Positions 50,002 to 63,303 of a DNA stretch of 64,000 nucleotides are shown one piece after another (the stretch's first letter is position 1; every line of letters begins with the position of its first letter). The stretch is from the NCBI GenBank assembly GCA_964304625.1, contig OZ199840.1:8999209-9063208 (forward strand). Direction: 5' to 3'. Below the pieces are notes generated by a model, which was given only the letters and a program-made list of their open reading frames with translations, was not told the origin of the DNA and did not search any database. Origin of the DNA: Kudoa neothunni. Taxonomy: Eukaryota > Animalia > Cnidaria. The position numbers and the translations under genes were made by a program.

Positions 50002-52013
50002 TTATAAATATTCAATCTTTCCAGCCCTCCTCTTAAATAATATGTATATTGCAACAATAATTATTCCCACTCCGACTATCGTGGATATAACAATTGCTAC
50101 AATTGAACCAGTGGAAAGTGATTTTGAAATTTTACTCCCAGTAGAATTTTTTCCAATTAGAGGTTTGATAACAGTAGCTACTGTTGTCTCATGTTTATCG
50201 ACTATACGACGCTGGCGCGTGTTACTAGTGCGGGTATCATCAGATACGACAATGAATGTTTCCTTGCTAATATTTTTCAAAGTAGTAGGAGTTGGAGTAG
50301 TTGTTAAAGTAGTAGGAGTAGGTGTAGTTGTCAAAGTAATAGGGGTGGGTCTAGTTGTCAACGTAGTGGGAGCAGGTGTAGTTGTCAAAATAATGGGGGT
50401 AGGTCTAGTTTTCAACGTAGTGGGAGTTGATTTCGTTGTCAAAGTAGTAGGAGTTGGAGTAGTTGTCAAAGTAATAGGGGTGGGTCTAGTTTTCAAAGTA
50501 GTAGGAGTTGGAGTAGTTGTCAAAGTAATAGGGGTGGGTCTAGTTGTCAACGTAGTGGGAGTTGATTTCGTTGTCAAAGTAGTAGGAGTAGGTGTAGTTG
50601 TCAAAGTAATGGGGGTAGGTCTAGTTTTCAACGTAGTAGGAGTTGGAGTAGTTGTCAAAATAATGGGGGTAGGTCTAGTTTTCAAAGTAGTAGGAGTTGG
50701 AGTAGTTGTCAAAGTAATAGGGGTGGGTCTAGTTGTCAACGTAGTGGGAGTTGATTTCGTTGTCAAAGTAGTGGAAGTAGGTGTAGTTGTCAAAATAATG
50801 GGGGTAGGTCTAGTTTTCAACGTAGTGGGAGTTGATTTCGTTGTCAAAGTAATAGGAGTGGGTCTAGTTGTCAAAGTAGTAGGAGTAGGTGTAGTTGTCA
50901 AAATAATGGGGGTAGGTCTAGTTTTCAACGTAGTAGGGGTAGATGTAGTTATCAAAGTAGTAGGAGTAGGTGTAGTTGTCAAAGTAATGGGGGTAGGTCT
51001 AGTTTTCAACGTAATGGGAGTTGATTTCGTTGTCAAAGTAGTGGGAGTAGGTGTAGTTGTCAAAATAATGGGAGTGGGTCTAGTTGTCAAAGTAGTAGGA
51101 GTAGGTGTAGTTGTCAAAATAATGGGGGTAGGTCTAGTTTTCAAAGTAGTAGGAGTTGGAGTAGTTGTCAAAGTAATAGGGGTGGGTCTAGTTGTCAACG
51201 TAGTGGGGGTAGATGTAGTTATCAAAGTAGTAGGAGTAGGTGTAGTTGTCAAAGTAATGGGGGTAGGTCTAGTTTTCAACGTAATGGGAGTTGATTTCGT
51301 TGTCAAAATAATGGGAGTGGGTCTAGTTGTCAAAGTAGTAGGAGTAGGTGTAGTTGTCAAAATAATGGGGGTAGGTCTAGTTTTCAACGTAATGGGAGTT
51401 GATTTCGTTGTCAAAGTAGTAGGAGTAGGTGTAGTTGTCAAAGTAATGGGGGTAGGTCTAGTTTTCAACGTAGTAGGAGTTGGAGTAGTTGTCAAAGTAA
51501 TAGGAGTGGGTCTAGTTGTCAAAGTAGTAGGAGTAGGTGTAGTTGTCAAAGTAATGGGGGTAGGTCTAGTTTTCAACGTAGTGGGAGTTGATTTCGTTGT
51601 CAAAGTAGTAGGAGTAGGTGTAGTTGTCAAAGTAATGGGGGTAGGTCTAGTTTTCAACGTAGTGGGAGTTGATTTCGTTGTCAAAGTAGTAGGAGTAGAA
51701 GTTGTGGGTGATTTTGCTATAATGGAGTCATCGGAATCCTCTTCCTCCCTATAAGTAACATTTATCGGATGATGACTTAGGTATGGTCCTTAAAAAATGA
51801 AAACAGTAGTGGTATCATACTTTCGATATATCGAAATTAGGTTTACATCTTTCTCTTCATGTAGTCTTTTGACATTATTTATTTTTCCTGATTTTTTTTT
51901 AATTTCATCTATGCGATTATTCTAAAAAGATGTTATTAGAATAATTAATCTCAAAGAACTTCAATCGTTTTTAATTGGGAAATCAACAGAAAAACTGCTA
52001 TAACTTTAATCAT
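50002..52013 (-). CDS. Mucin-like type I membrane protein 2 (long Thr/Pro stalk)
   Basis: Exon 1 MIKVIAVFLLISQLKTIE (ATG 52013), a 38-nt phase-0 intron, exon 2 NNRIDEIKK.. and a probable 72-nt intron lead into ORF 50002-51684. TM LSTGSIVAIVISTIVGVGIIIVAIYILF followed by KRR. Confidence 0.85.
50275..51700 (-). repeat. 27-nt (9-aa) coding minisatellite, about 52 units
   Basis: Variants TTKSTP(T/I)TL, KTRPTPI(T/I)L, TTRPTPI(T/I)L, TTTPTPTTL and ITTSTPTTL. Confidence 0.95.
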
Positions 52014-53435
52014 TTATAAGTGAATTATTTTTTAATCGCATACTAATGATGTTAAGGTAATGAAATATCACATTGCTTTAACTAAGTTCAATATAAAATA
52101 ACTAAAGCAAAGTTTTGAGTAATTAAAATTTGCGTTATTGCTAATCTTTACGTTTAAAATGATAATCAATTAGAACGATTAATTATTCTAGATAAATGAA
52201 TCAGTTAGATGGTATTTCCATGTTAAGTAATAAATATCATTAACTTTACACTTAAATGTAAAAGTTAAATTCGTTTATGTCGTAAGTATGATCTTTAAAT
52301 CGATGCATTTGTCGTTGAATTCTTTTAATTACAGGTAAAATTATTATTTTAGAACAATAAAATAGTGAGAAAAATGTTTAACGTATAAATCTTCGTGAAA
52401 TATGAAGTATATACCACAATAGTTAGAGTAATCTCGATGCTGAATATTCTCATTGATAATTCGAAATGTAGTAGATTTTAGGTTCATAAAAATATTTTTC
52501 TATGTTATATTTGGTCTTTTAATCATTTGAGATATTGTTTTTTTCTTACTTAATTAATATGAAGAACGTATGGATATTATAATAATAGATGTAATAATTT
52601 AAGTAATGAAATTCCATTTTTACACTTCTCTAATCATTAGAGAGTTTTTATTAACACATTTAATAATAAAAATGAGATTATTATATCAGAATAAAGCCTT
52701 CAAGTAATACCTACAAAGCATTATTTTTTCATAATTTACTTGCACTCCTATATTTGTTTCAGTGAATTATTTTGTTGCAATATAAACTTAATAATAATAT
52801 CAGAAACTACTTAAGTTCAGATCAATATCCATGCTACACTTATTTTTAAATCTGTATTTTCAAGAAATTAAATATAAAAATTCTAATTTCTCTACTTAGA
52901 CGAGTGTATAACATACCTTATCATATTCTTCTATTGGAAAAACTTTCAAACTATGCAGTATAAATCATTACATTACGCTAATATTCGTCTCTTGGTGATA
53001 TTAACACCTACAAACCTTAATCTTTATCAATAAACACTAAAATGTTCAAATAATCACTTAATCGTAATTTTGTAACCAGAACTAATGATTTCGTTCAAAA
53101 TATCTCTATAAAGGGTATAAAAATTCTTCTCCACTTTCAAAATAAGATTCGGTTTAAGATTTTCTAATTAAATCATTTCTCGTAATATACAGTAACTATA
53201 CACGGCATTGTCCTTAGGGTTGTAATGTGATTACACTAATACAAACACTACATTAGTCATGTCTTGTGCAAGCGTATGGATTAATTATTATTTCATATTA
53301 ATAAATTAATTATATTTCTACAATTATGATGTTGGCTATTTCTTACATAAGGGGACTATAGTCGGAAAATATCGGGTAAATCGTACAAAAACAACAAAAT
53401 AAATTTATTTCAATAATTCTTCATTATTTCTTTAA

Positions 53436-54340
53436 CTCCCCAATGGATTTAGGATAAAAATACCCCAATAGTATATTATTACTCTAATTCTCCATATTTT
53501 TAAGGTCGTTAATGTTTGAAATCCATCTATTCCTCAAAAATATCATTGTTACTTGTAAATTATATATTTATGCAAATATATAAAAAATAGCGGAGTTAGA
53601 GAATTTCCATCCTACGATGTATATTGGCATAAAAAAATACCTCAACTTTTTCTCTGCCAGATTTAAAATAAATAATGTTATAGACTATTTTTACTAAATT
53701 TAGTACTTTCTGGTGGTAAAATTTTAAAATGTTCTTAATTCTTGCCAAATCACGTCATTAAGTTCATTAGACTTGCACACATCGTCTCCCCTCCAAAAAT
53801 AGATTATCTGGATAGCAGCTGCAGTGATACTACGGATATTTCTCGTAGTGAATATGATGATAATTCCACAGATTCTGGAGAAGAATCAGATATTTTGAAG
53901 TGGAACCGTTTGATCAATTTACAATGAGTAAAAAGGGAATTATGGGGAGATATCAAAAACCATCAACTTCTAAAGCATCAAAATGTAATATTATGCAGCT
54001 GACACCTGGTCTTACTGCCATTGCACATCAAGAGTCAAAACCCAACTCGATTGTTTTTTATATTTTTTACGGAAGAAATCATTTCGACGATAATAAAATA
54101 TACTAATCAGTTTGGTGCTTCGAAATTTGACAATTGACATGACGTTGACGAGATTGAATTTAAAGGTTTTGGGGGATTTTAATTCTTATGGCCGTTCATA
54201 AAGCCTGCGTTGAACCTGTTGGCGAATTTTTTAGTACCTCCGAGGGCATGTGTGTTTATAGGCAACTGTTCAGTTACTATAGATTTCGACAGATATCTAA
54301 GGCAATTCATTTTAATGATTATAATACATGAGAAGACCGA
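53436..54340 (+). mobile_element. 3'-truncated degenerate piggyBac
   Basis: TTAA|CTCCC end and an acidic N-terminus, then remnants EEII..IIKYTNQ, DEIEFKGF..LILMA and YRFRQISKAIHFND. Confidence 0.7.
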
Positions 54341-54608
54341 AAAACGAAAGACAAATTTTGTAAGATTCGTGACATTTTTAGTTAATGGACCAGACAGTGC
54401 ATTTTCGTGAATTCGTTCGTCTTTTCATGAACTAAACATCGTGCTTAAATTTTTTCACGAAACAATCGAAATTTAATTCAAAAAAAAATTCAGTCGCGAA
54501 TCGGGAACGAAACCATATTCATGGGGTTTGTATGGGGAGGTTTAATTTTTGAGATATATCGAAATTATGACTCTGTAAATTTTATACTAGTAATAGATCA
54601 ATCCTTAA

Positions 54609-56936
54609 CCCTCCGAACATGCCAAAATCGACTCTACACCTAGCCGTTTTGGGGTCTAGAAGATCTCACATTTTTCTTTCACAGTTTTAAAGATAAAATT
54701 ATAATATATCGATTTTTGAATTATAAAATAAATCTATCGACTAGATAGGGAGGAAATGAACAAAGACGTTAATGCGAAGATTGCCGATCCAACTCGAATA
54801 AATAGTTAGCTCCATTTAGATTTTAAGTTTTATTAAAATTAGATAACTACATCCCAAATCGTAAATTTAAATTATTCTGTGCTTATTTTATCATTTCAGG
54901 TATCTCAGACCTGTTATAATCTTTAAAATGCAGGATACTAATATTACATTTTCCATTATTGTATATTACAAATTATTACATCATTTATAATTTTTTGATA
55001 GAATAAAAAATTAGAAATGTCTTTAAGATATATTTTTTAAGATGTGTGATATATCCATTAATTGAAACATATAACCTCTTATCAATATAAATATAATCTA
55101 GCTTCATATTATCGAATCAATTAAAACACTCTGATTTAAGAAGGAACAAGACCAGTGATAAATAAAACAATAACTATTAACAGATGGATAACTAATGTTT
55201 GTATTTTATTACACAATTACAACAAATAATTTCAGAGTGATTATTGCAATAATATTTTGAACATCAAAAACACATTGATTTAGTTTTTATATCCGAATCT
55301 CGCATACACAGATTGCGCATTTTTAGCTTTAGAAGTGAAGCTTTCATTATTCGAAATAGGAAGACCATCATTGAGAAAACGTGTCACTAATAAATCAGTT
55401 AACTCTTCTAGATATTTGGCTTTCGAAATGTTAGGCTTATTAAATCTAATTTTTTACAAGTAAAACGAGCTGACCAACTGTAAGTCAATCATATTAAAAC
55501 AAACTACCGTCGATCATCTTCTGGTATAACGTTTTACACTAGAGATAGATAGATAGAATACGTTCCACCATATCTACACCGCCTTTGGTTTTGTTATAAT
55601 CAATTATAACCTGAGGTTTTTTAGTATGATCCGGATGCAACCTCCCATTTTTTGATGAAGAAGCCAACAAAATGATAGCCTTGATATTTTTGGCACATAG
55701 GATAACATCTTTATCTTGTGATAAACAAAAATCGAATTAAAGATTTCCCTAATTTTGTCTGGCTTCATAATCGGCGGAATTCCTCTTTTATTGAAACGAA
55801 GAGTTCCAAGCATTTTAATCCAAGATCAAGAAGTTTGTCAGCCAATTCGATCGACGTAAAGAAATTATCGCATACTATATTTCTACCAGATCCTTTTAGA
55901 TATGACGACAACCTTTTCTCCTACAATCTTGTTAACCTCATTAGTAGTTTTTCGCAGATGGAAATATTATGGGTATAATTGATGTGTGGATAAGTTAATA
56001 GAAAAAACTGCAAACCTATATGACATATACTGTTTAAACGAGCACCTACCACGAGATGCTACCAGTTACTCATCAACTGTCAGATTTGGGGGAATGTCAA
56101 ATGTCAAATACATTGAAAGAATGCTTTTCAATTTATTAAAGATATCAGTTATTCGACAAAATCTATTATTTTCACGTCATACGGTCTTAGTCTCAAAATC
56201 AGAAAGGTGAATGATTCTACTGATTTGTGTAGATCTTTCCAAAGACATTATTTTTATAAAAATTGTGGAACTTTATTCAAGTTCCGCAATTGTTTGAGGA
56301 ATCCCATCATGGATTTAAAAATAAACATATATACAAGAATCCCCATGTACGCTTCCATTTCAACTATGATTAGTTCGTTCCATTTATGGCTGTAATGGAA
56401 CGACCCAAATTTATTTGTATTAGCAATAATGATTTTATACAATTCGTCATCAAAAAATAACAAAAAACAATCTATTAAGCAACAGATTTCTGATAAAAAG
56501 AATGCGATAATACATGAGGATCTATTTAAAATAGGTACTTTTGGTGTTTTGATATTTGAGGGAATATCGGGAGACCATATAACATTGTTTTTATCCTTGT
56601 ACATGACAATTGACTCAAACTCATCAGAGCTTTCACAACTAATAGAAGGAAAATTATCTTATACATTATTGTCTATTTAAGTGCAATTTGATTCTTCACT
56701 TGATGGAAATTCAGTAAACAAATTATCCATTTTGTATATCGGCTGGAATCGTAGACTGTCGGAATTGATCGACGGTCATAAAATCGTGTTTTTATCAATA
56801 TCTATTTGACCAAACTCTTTAATAATGCAGTATTTAATTCTATATGATTTTATACGTGTTTTAATGAAATAAAAACCTAGGGTCTGTCTGGACCCCAAAA
56901 CAACTAGATGTATAAAAAATATTTTTCGAGTTCTTT
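54609..56936 (-). mobile_element. Degenerate near-full-length piggyBac (PGBD4-like)
   Basis: TTAA|CCCTCCGAAC left end; subterminal inverted repeats 54634-54668 vs 56878-56913. Motifs TVDE*LV..RGRCSFKQYM, GRNIVCDNFFTS, GTLRFNKRGIP and YNKTKGGVD, plus a C-terminal Cys cluster. Right end approximate. Confidence 0.9.
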
Positions 56937-57428
56937 TTAAATTAGTTTTAAATTATCAAGCCCTTTTTTTGTTCTTCGTAGCATATTTGAAGAATAGCGC
57001 CAGATTCCACTAAATAAAACTTATTGAACAATTAGTAAATTGCCTCAAAATTTGGGTTAAGAAATCAATAACAAATATTTTATGCCATTTACATTAAAAC
57101 CCCGTATTCTTATTAATTTTTCTCTATTCGAATTATATATTATATTAAAATCGATCTAATTGATTCTAAAACATAAATTTACTATCACAATTTCTAAAAA
57201 TTGTGAACGTGATTCAAATTGTAATGCGTGATGCCGACAGATGTAAACGACAAAATAGTGTGATCTCCTAATAATAGAAATTTCTAGCGCTTGTTACTAT
57301 ATAACTATTGTCACCGTTTGATTTGAACTTAATTATTACGAGTTTATGTTTTAAAAAATGTTTGAATTATGTTTCTATTTTATTAAAAGCCTAGAAAAAA
57401 ATTGTTTACCGTGAGTAAATTTTAATAT

Positions 57429-57617
57429 TTATGTAAATTTTAACTTGCGACGAAATATATTCTGGTTGATGGGTTGACTATTGCCAACCATAGATTTATA
57501 TCTAAACAATCTATTGCATTTCGTGCAAATAATAATGTCAAGACGGGAGATTTCGTCTCCATCTTTGGTAAATATGGATGGAAAATTGTCTAATTTTTTG
57601 GTCTTAATGCTGAACAT
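57429..57617 (-). mobile_element. Possible BED-finger fragment of a hAT transposase
   Basis: IICTKCNRLFRYKSMVGNS resembles the BED CxxC..Y..GTS pattern; isolated. Confidence 0.35.
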
Positions 57618-59085
57618 CTTCAGTGAGTAGAGAGCACCATTATCTAAACTTTTTTCACATCGTCAATATTCCAGGAAAACATCTCGAATAGAGGTTTAAC
57701 ATGCGAGTGTCGAGACTATTGAATATTCGAAATTTCACTACTGAGAGAGTAATTCAAATTTCGTGGGATTAGCTAAAACAGCGTGCCTTTACATCTACTA
57801 TATAAGCATACTAGTGTCATTAACGCAACTTAGTACGATATCGAAAATACTTAACATTGAAAAATCTCTTATGATAACTCAAAAAATACGCTAATCCACT
57901 CAAGTAATCTGTATAAGTTAATTACGTATTTTTTACATACGTAATAAAAAATAGAAACCTTAAAATATTATAGTTAGGTGTGAAAATATTAGATCCGATT
58001 AAATATAAATTTGTATAAGCCATGCTTATAAACAAACATACAGGTAAACATATATAGTTAACAACGTATTGTCGTAGTTGAACACCATTTTTATTGTATT
58101 ATATTTCTTGAATTGAGCTTTTTAAAAAATAAGTATAGAAAAATTAATTGATAATAAACTTTATTTCCACATTTTTAATGTAGTGAAATTAAATAGCTAA
58201 TCACTGAATTATTATAAAAATTTAATAAAAAAAATTTAATGATAAAATGACTCTAACTCCTTTTATTGCAAATAAATTGTCACCTAAAAAATATATAAAC
58301 TAAAAAATATATTAATTAATCGAACTAATTTTTTAAAAAATTTATAGTAGATACATAAGATAATTTACTATTATTAAAAATGTTTTTACAACACAATTAA
58401 TTTGAAAGTGCCTATGTTGTTGTATTTGGGATTTAGTGGCAAAATTATGAGTTACAACCATTAGCTGAATTCTTGCTTTAGAAATTCATCTATTTAATTA
58501 TGAATGATCGCTTAAGAATAGGTAGAAAATGACGCTGAAAATGTTGTTTTTAGATTCTTAATCCTATCTTATTACTTGTTCTAGAACTCAATTATTTCGA
58601 TTTTAATAAACATCTACTAACGTAAATTCTCTAATTCAAAGGGTTATCACATATTTTTGAGAAATTAATTACTATACTTCTTATCACGTGATTAAAATTA
58701 TTCTCCAACAATATCCCCAGTAAATTCAGCACGACAATAATACGTCATATAATAATTCCATAATATTTCTGAATCATTTCCAATTTTTAATACTTATTAA
58801 TCACAAAAGTGATATTATCGGCGGATTCAATGTGTTCCACTTTGATATTATTATAAGCTTAATATAATTATTAAAAATATTAAACCACATCAAACAGCCA
58901 TTTTATATATTTTAGAAAACAAAAAATATGACAACAAATAAATATAAGGGTTTCAAAATTAGAAAAGATAAATTAAAACAAACTCAGAAAAATTAACTCT
59001 CGAAGACATTTTAAAATATATTAAGATATTTATTAAATGCGCCAAAAGAATAAAGTATAGCTATGTGTAAGAAAAGAATGATTGA

Positions 59086-61990
59086 TCAATAAGAGTCCAT
59101 GCAACGCCTAATTTTTTCTCCAATATTGAGTACCATATCCTATTTTCCATGGAAATAAAGAAAATTAAATAACAATAAACAGAGAAATATCAATTCAATA
59201 CCTCGGTGCCAGCTCTAACACGAACAATTCCACCAATCGAAGGTGAACCTTTTGTGTCGGATAATTCCATGCTGATGTTCACGAGGGCTTCTTCATTGAA
59301 AGAGCTAATAATCCCCGAATTACACACAAGAAACTTGCAGTCACCATCCATAGCCTATGCAGTATAATAATTTTATTAAATAAAAATCGAAGGGTAGAAC
59401 GAAAATAATTTTGAAAAAATTACTTTTTTTGGTGTTAAATTGATCATTTTGGTGGATTTGAGTATGCTATCCATGAATTGTAACATATCGGAGCATTCGG
59501 TTTTGATATGGATCTAACGTAAATAGAAAATACGTACTATTTACAATGTAACAAATAAAATTAGATAATACAGTATTTTCCCAATCTAAATCTTTCCATT
59601 TGGTTAAAAATTCGCTTTGAGAACATTGGAAAGGCTTGGTGTAATCGGTGACATCAAGATAGATGGGATTCAATACAATACAGTTTCTGTCACTTTGACT
59701 ACTGGAAATATCATAAACTAAAATTGAGAAAAATGTTGTGTAAATACATTAAAAGCGTTATAAATAATTTTGAATTTACAGAGATTTCCGTAGAGAGTAC
59801 CATTTTCAAGAGACATAACTTTTATAGGTAACTGAAAATGGTTCAAAGATTAGAAGTTACTAGTGTAAGTAGAATCTATTACTTTGGTTGCAGAAAAAGC
59901 AAATGGGCCCAACATCATGGGATTCGACTTGGCAAATGTGGAATTTTTGCCTACATCCAAAAAAATCAATAATCATCACCAAAATACAGTAATTTCATCA
60001 CTAACCATGTGAAACAACCTCAACAACCACATTTTGCAGTGTGTCGTTGGTTCGATTAACAATTAAAATATCCAGAGTGACTTCGAATGATTTGATAATA
60101 GTGATAGTTTCAACATAGATCGAATCGGAGAGACCAGTCAATTGTATAACCTAATAGATTGGAATTAGAATTCGACTAGAGTTAGAGTTAGTTAGAATTA
60201 ATGACAGCAAAATTGTGATTGAAATTTTCCCAATTAATACTTACATTATTGAGTGAGTAAGTGGATTGGTGTTGGTTGTTCACCAAGTCAACACTGCTGG
60301 TATCAAAGTTGAATTCAACTCCGCTGGTCGTGGTGGGTGAATAAAACTGTTGTTGATTGTCTTCATCGTCCGCTACTGCAACAGAGAATTGTCGAGAAAT
60401 CCACCTGATCGTTCACCTTGACACAGGCGTTATGTGATTGGCTGTACCATTGTCGGCCCAATTCCATTGCTCATCGTTAGGAGAGTTAAGCAAATTACTG
60501 TTTTGGTTAATCTAAGATCAAATAATGATAACTAAAACAAATCCAATCAATTCACAATCATACAATAGTTTCCAAGTTGACAACATTTTGATTTTCCTCA
60601 AAAAATTTGCTATAGAGTGTGAGTTTTTGTTGGAATTCCTCGCCATTTTCAGCCAGCAAACTGTCATTTAAGCTACTAATGAGATGGAGATTTGCATGGA
60701 TTTTTTCGCGCCAATAACCCTTATTTCCTAAAGAATGTTTTTTCAGAGATCACAAATTTTTCCGTACTAAAATATGACCATATAATATAATCAATTACGT
60801 TTTTTTGTTGTTTAGCATTTTCCAACAATGTAGTGATAATAAAATTGCCATAGCAAGAATTTCTAAGTCACAAAATTTCTTGTTATTAATTTAAATACAA
60901 CCACCAAGTTACATTAATATCTGTGGTGTTTTGAACGTCAATTGCAACAAGCAAGACTGAATGAACCATTAAAAATGACACAAGAGGGTGAAAGAGTCCA
61001 TAACAATATCTTTAATGTCGACAAACTTGAAAAGACTATTTTTGGTAGACGATAAAGTGTGAGTGGTTGATTGGGGTGGTGAGTGAGTTTTGAAACGCGT
61101 ACGTGCCATCAGGAAGAATTAAATTGGATTTTTGAGTAGTTTTTGGTGAGTGGCTACTATCCACATCAGCGAGTGTCTTATCGTTCGATTCTGTCAAAAT
61201 GTAATAAAGTTTTGAAAGTAATTTTTTGACAATGGCAGCATTTTTGCAATGGAAAATAAAATTATAAAAAATCTCCTGAACAATCCTATTAATACAGTAG
61301 AAATTAAGGAGAATGATAAAAATTAACGTCCCATACATCAAACTGGGCACAACCCAACAATATCAATCAACTGCTCCAATACAAGTTCATATCCACTTGA
61401 ATTGTTGATGATGTGGAGTTTGATCAAATTTAAAACATTCGTGGCATTGGCTTGATGACTGGAATACACGGTCTCAATCAAAATGGGAATAATTTGAGGA
61501 GATATGTCCGCACATTTCTCCGAAAAATGATACAAAGTATCAATCAACAGCTAGATGACGATAAAACAGTATTAAATAAACAGGTGTAACGTATAACTTA
61601 ACGAATGATTACATTCATATATTTGACTGTGTGAATTTCGGAAGGCGTTAATTTGCCCATGCCCACACTGCGTCGATTGGCATTAGTTTTCGAATGTAAC
61701 TTAACAATCTCGCGAGTAATAATCTCAGTGGCTCTGCTGTAGGATGCGGTATCGATAATGAGAAATTGCACTCCCGAAAGAATACACTGAGCCACACTCA
61801 AGTCAACAACAGCATCCTCACCAGATTGTGTCAACAATGACAGGATATCCATCGAAAAGGTCGATATCATGGTTTTCAATTCGTTCGATTGGCATTGCTT
61901 TATTAGGCTTTTAATTTTGTTTAGTAACACCAACCGAATATTATTATCGGTTTCTTGAAACATCAGTTGTACGTAACATTCTACTACTCG
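59086..61990 (-). CDS. COPB1: Coatomer subunit beta (beta-COP), multi-exon, N-terminal part not seen
   Basis: Motifs CYVQLMFQETDNNIRLVLL, LPDGTYAFQNSL, VIQLTGLSDPIYVE, LDILIVNRTNDTLQN, ENGTLYGNL, SDRNCIVLNPI, SEFLTKWKDLDWEN and IVRVRA..MVLNIGEKI; many short GT-AG introns. Confidence 0.93.
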
Positions 61991-62194
61991 CTAAAATAAC
62001 GATATATTATATCATTATTTTATTTAAATGTCAAAAAATATATTGTTCTTTTATTAATTGTCGCAGCTGTTAAAATTGATATTATCCGTCTGAAGACATT
62101 AGGAAATTTCATCATAAATCAGTGTTTTCCTATTCGAATCCGACGCACACCTTCATTCGAAGAGAAACCAAAATACACACTCTCTTTTAACACG

Positions 62195-62197
<3 letters not shown>

Positions 62198-62229
<32 letters not shown>
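62198..62229. repeat. (TA)n microsatellite
   Basis: Direct reading. Confidence 0.9.
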
Positions 62230-62232
<3 letters not shown>

Positions 62233-63303
62233 AACGTGTATCTCATTCAAGGAATCTTGATAGTAATTATTCTTACATGCATATAGAACTAGTTTTAAGA
62301 ATTAAGAAAAGATAATTTCGCATTACGTTTCAGTGTTATTTTACTATTTTTAAAATCATTAAAAATATTAGCGAACCTTTTAATAAGTAAAATAACCAAG
62401 GTACACAAGACCGGTCCATTACTGTCTATTCGCTTGCTCGATACGTTATTATAAATATTTTAATCTACATTGACTTTCATACGTAAAAACTGTTACAACT
62501 ACTTAAATAATATAATTATTTTATAAGATTAAAGCTCTTAATGACCTAATTATTAGTTTCTATCCTAAAACTTCAACTTTAATATTCCAATAAATACTGA
62601 GTTTTCCTTGGGCTCAAAATAATTTAGTATGATATAAAAATTGCGTTGAAAAACGTTATACCCCATGTTATAGTAGTTTGAAATTTTATATTCACGATTA
62701 CTTTTGCACCAAAATACAGTCCATTCACATTACGTGTTACGTAAGTTAATAAGAGTTAATTATTCAAATATTCGGTCTAATCGATATTTTTAAAAATACT
62801 CAATTAATCTGTTAACAGTTAATAAATAAATAAATTAATTATATCGATAATATCAAATAATACGTTCATTATTAAAAACAAAAAGCATCTCAACACTTCA
62901 GATTTAATCATATTAAGTTAATTCAATTTGAATCTTATTAAAAACTTATATAAAAATCGGAAAATTGTGTTAAAATAACCAATCTATAATTTTCCATTCA
63001 CAGATTTTTAAAACCTGATTAATATCCTTCACAAAATCATAAGAAAGGAATAATAATTAATATTTTTATTATATAAATTTCTTATAATTTTTAAACCAAT
63101 AATAATATTTATAATTAAAATATTTATTCTTATCACAGAATTTTTTAAAAGAACAGAAAATTCTACGTTATGTTACATAATGGTTTAATTTGGTAAATAA
63201 ATTTTGATCATTAATTAGATTGCTCATAAAATTAAAGTCATTTTCACTTAATACCACTATTTATATTTTTATGGAAAGTGCATGCCTATTTAAGTGTATT
63301 TAA

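Noticed and set aside
50275-51700. CRISPR-like or satellite array
   Set aside because: There are no unique spacers; it is an in-frame coding minisatellite in a eukaryotic gene.
50042-51754. 570-aa Val/Gly-rich + strand ORF
   Set aside because: Antisense shadow of the Thr/Pro repeat. The minus strand has the signal exon, splice sites, TM and tail.
1897-61990. Alternative nuclear genetic code or non-canonical introns to explain the fragmented ORFs
   Set aside because: The fragments checked join with ordinary GT-AG introns under the standard code.
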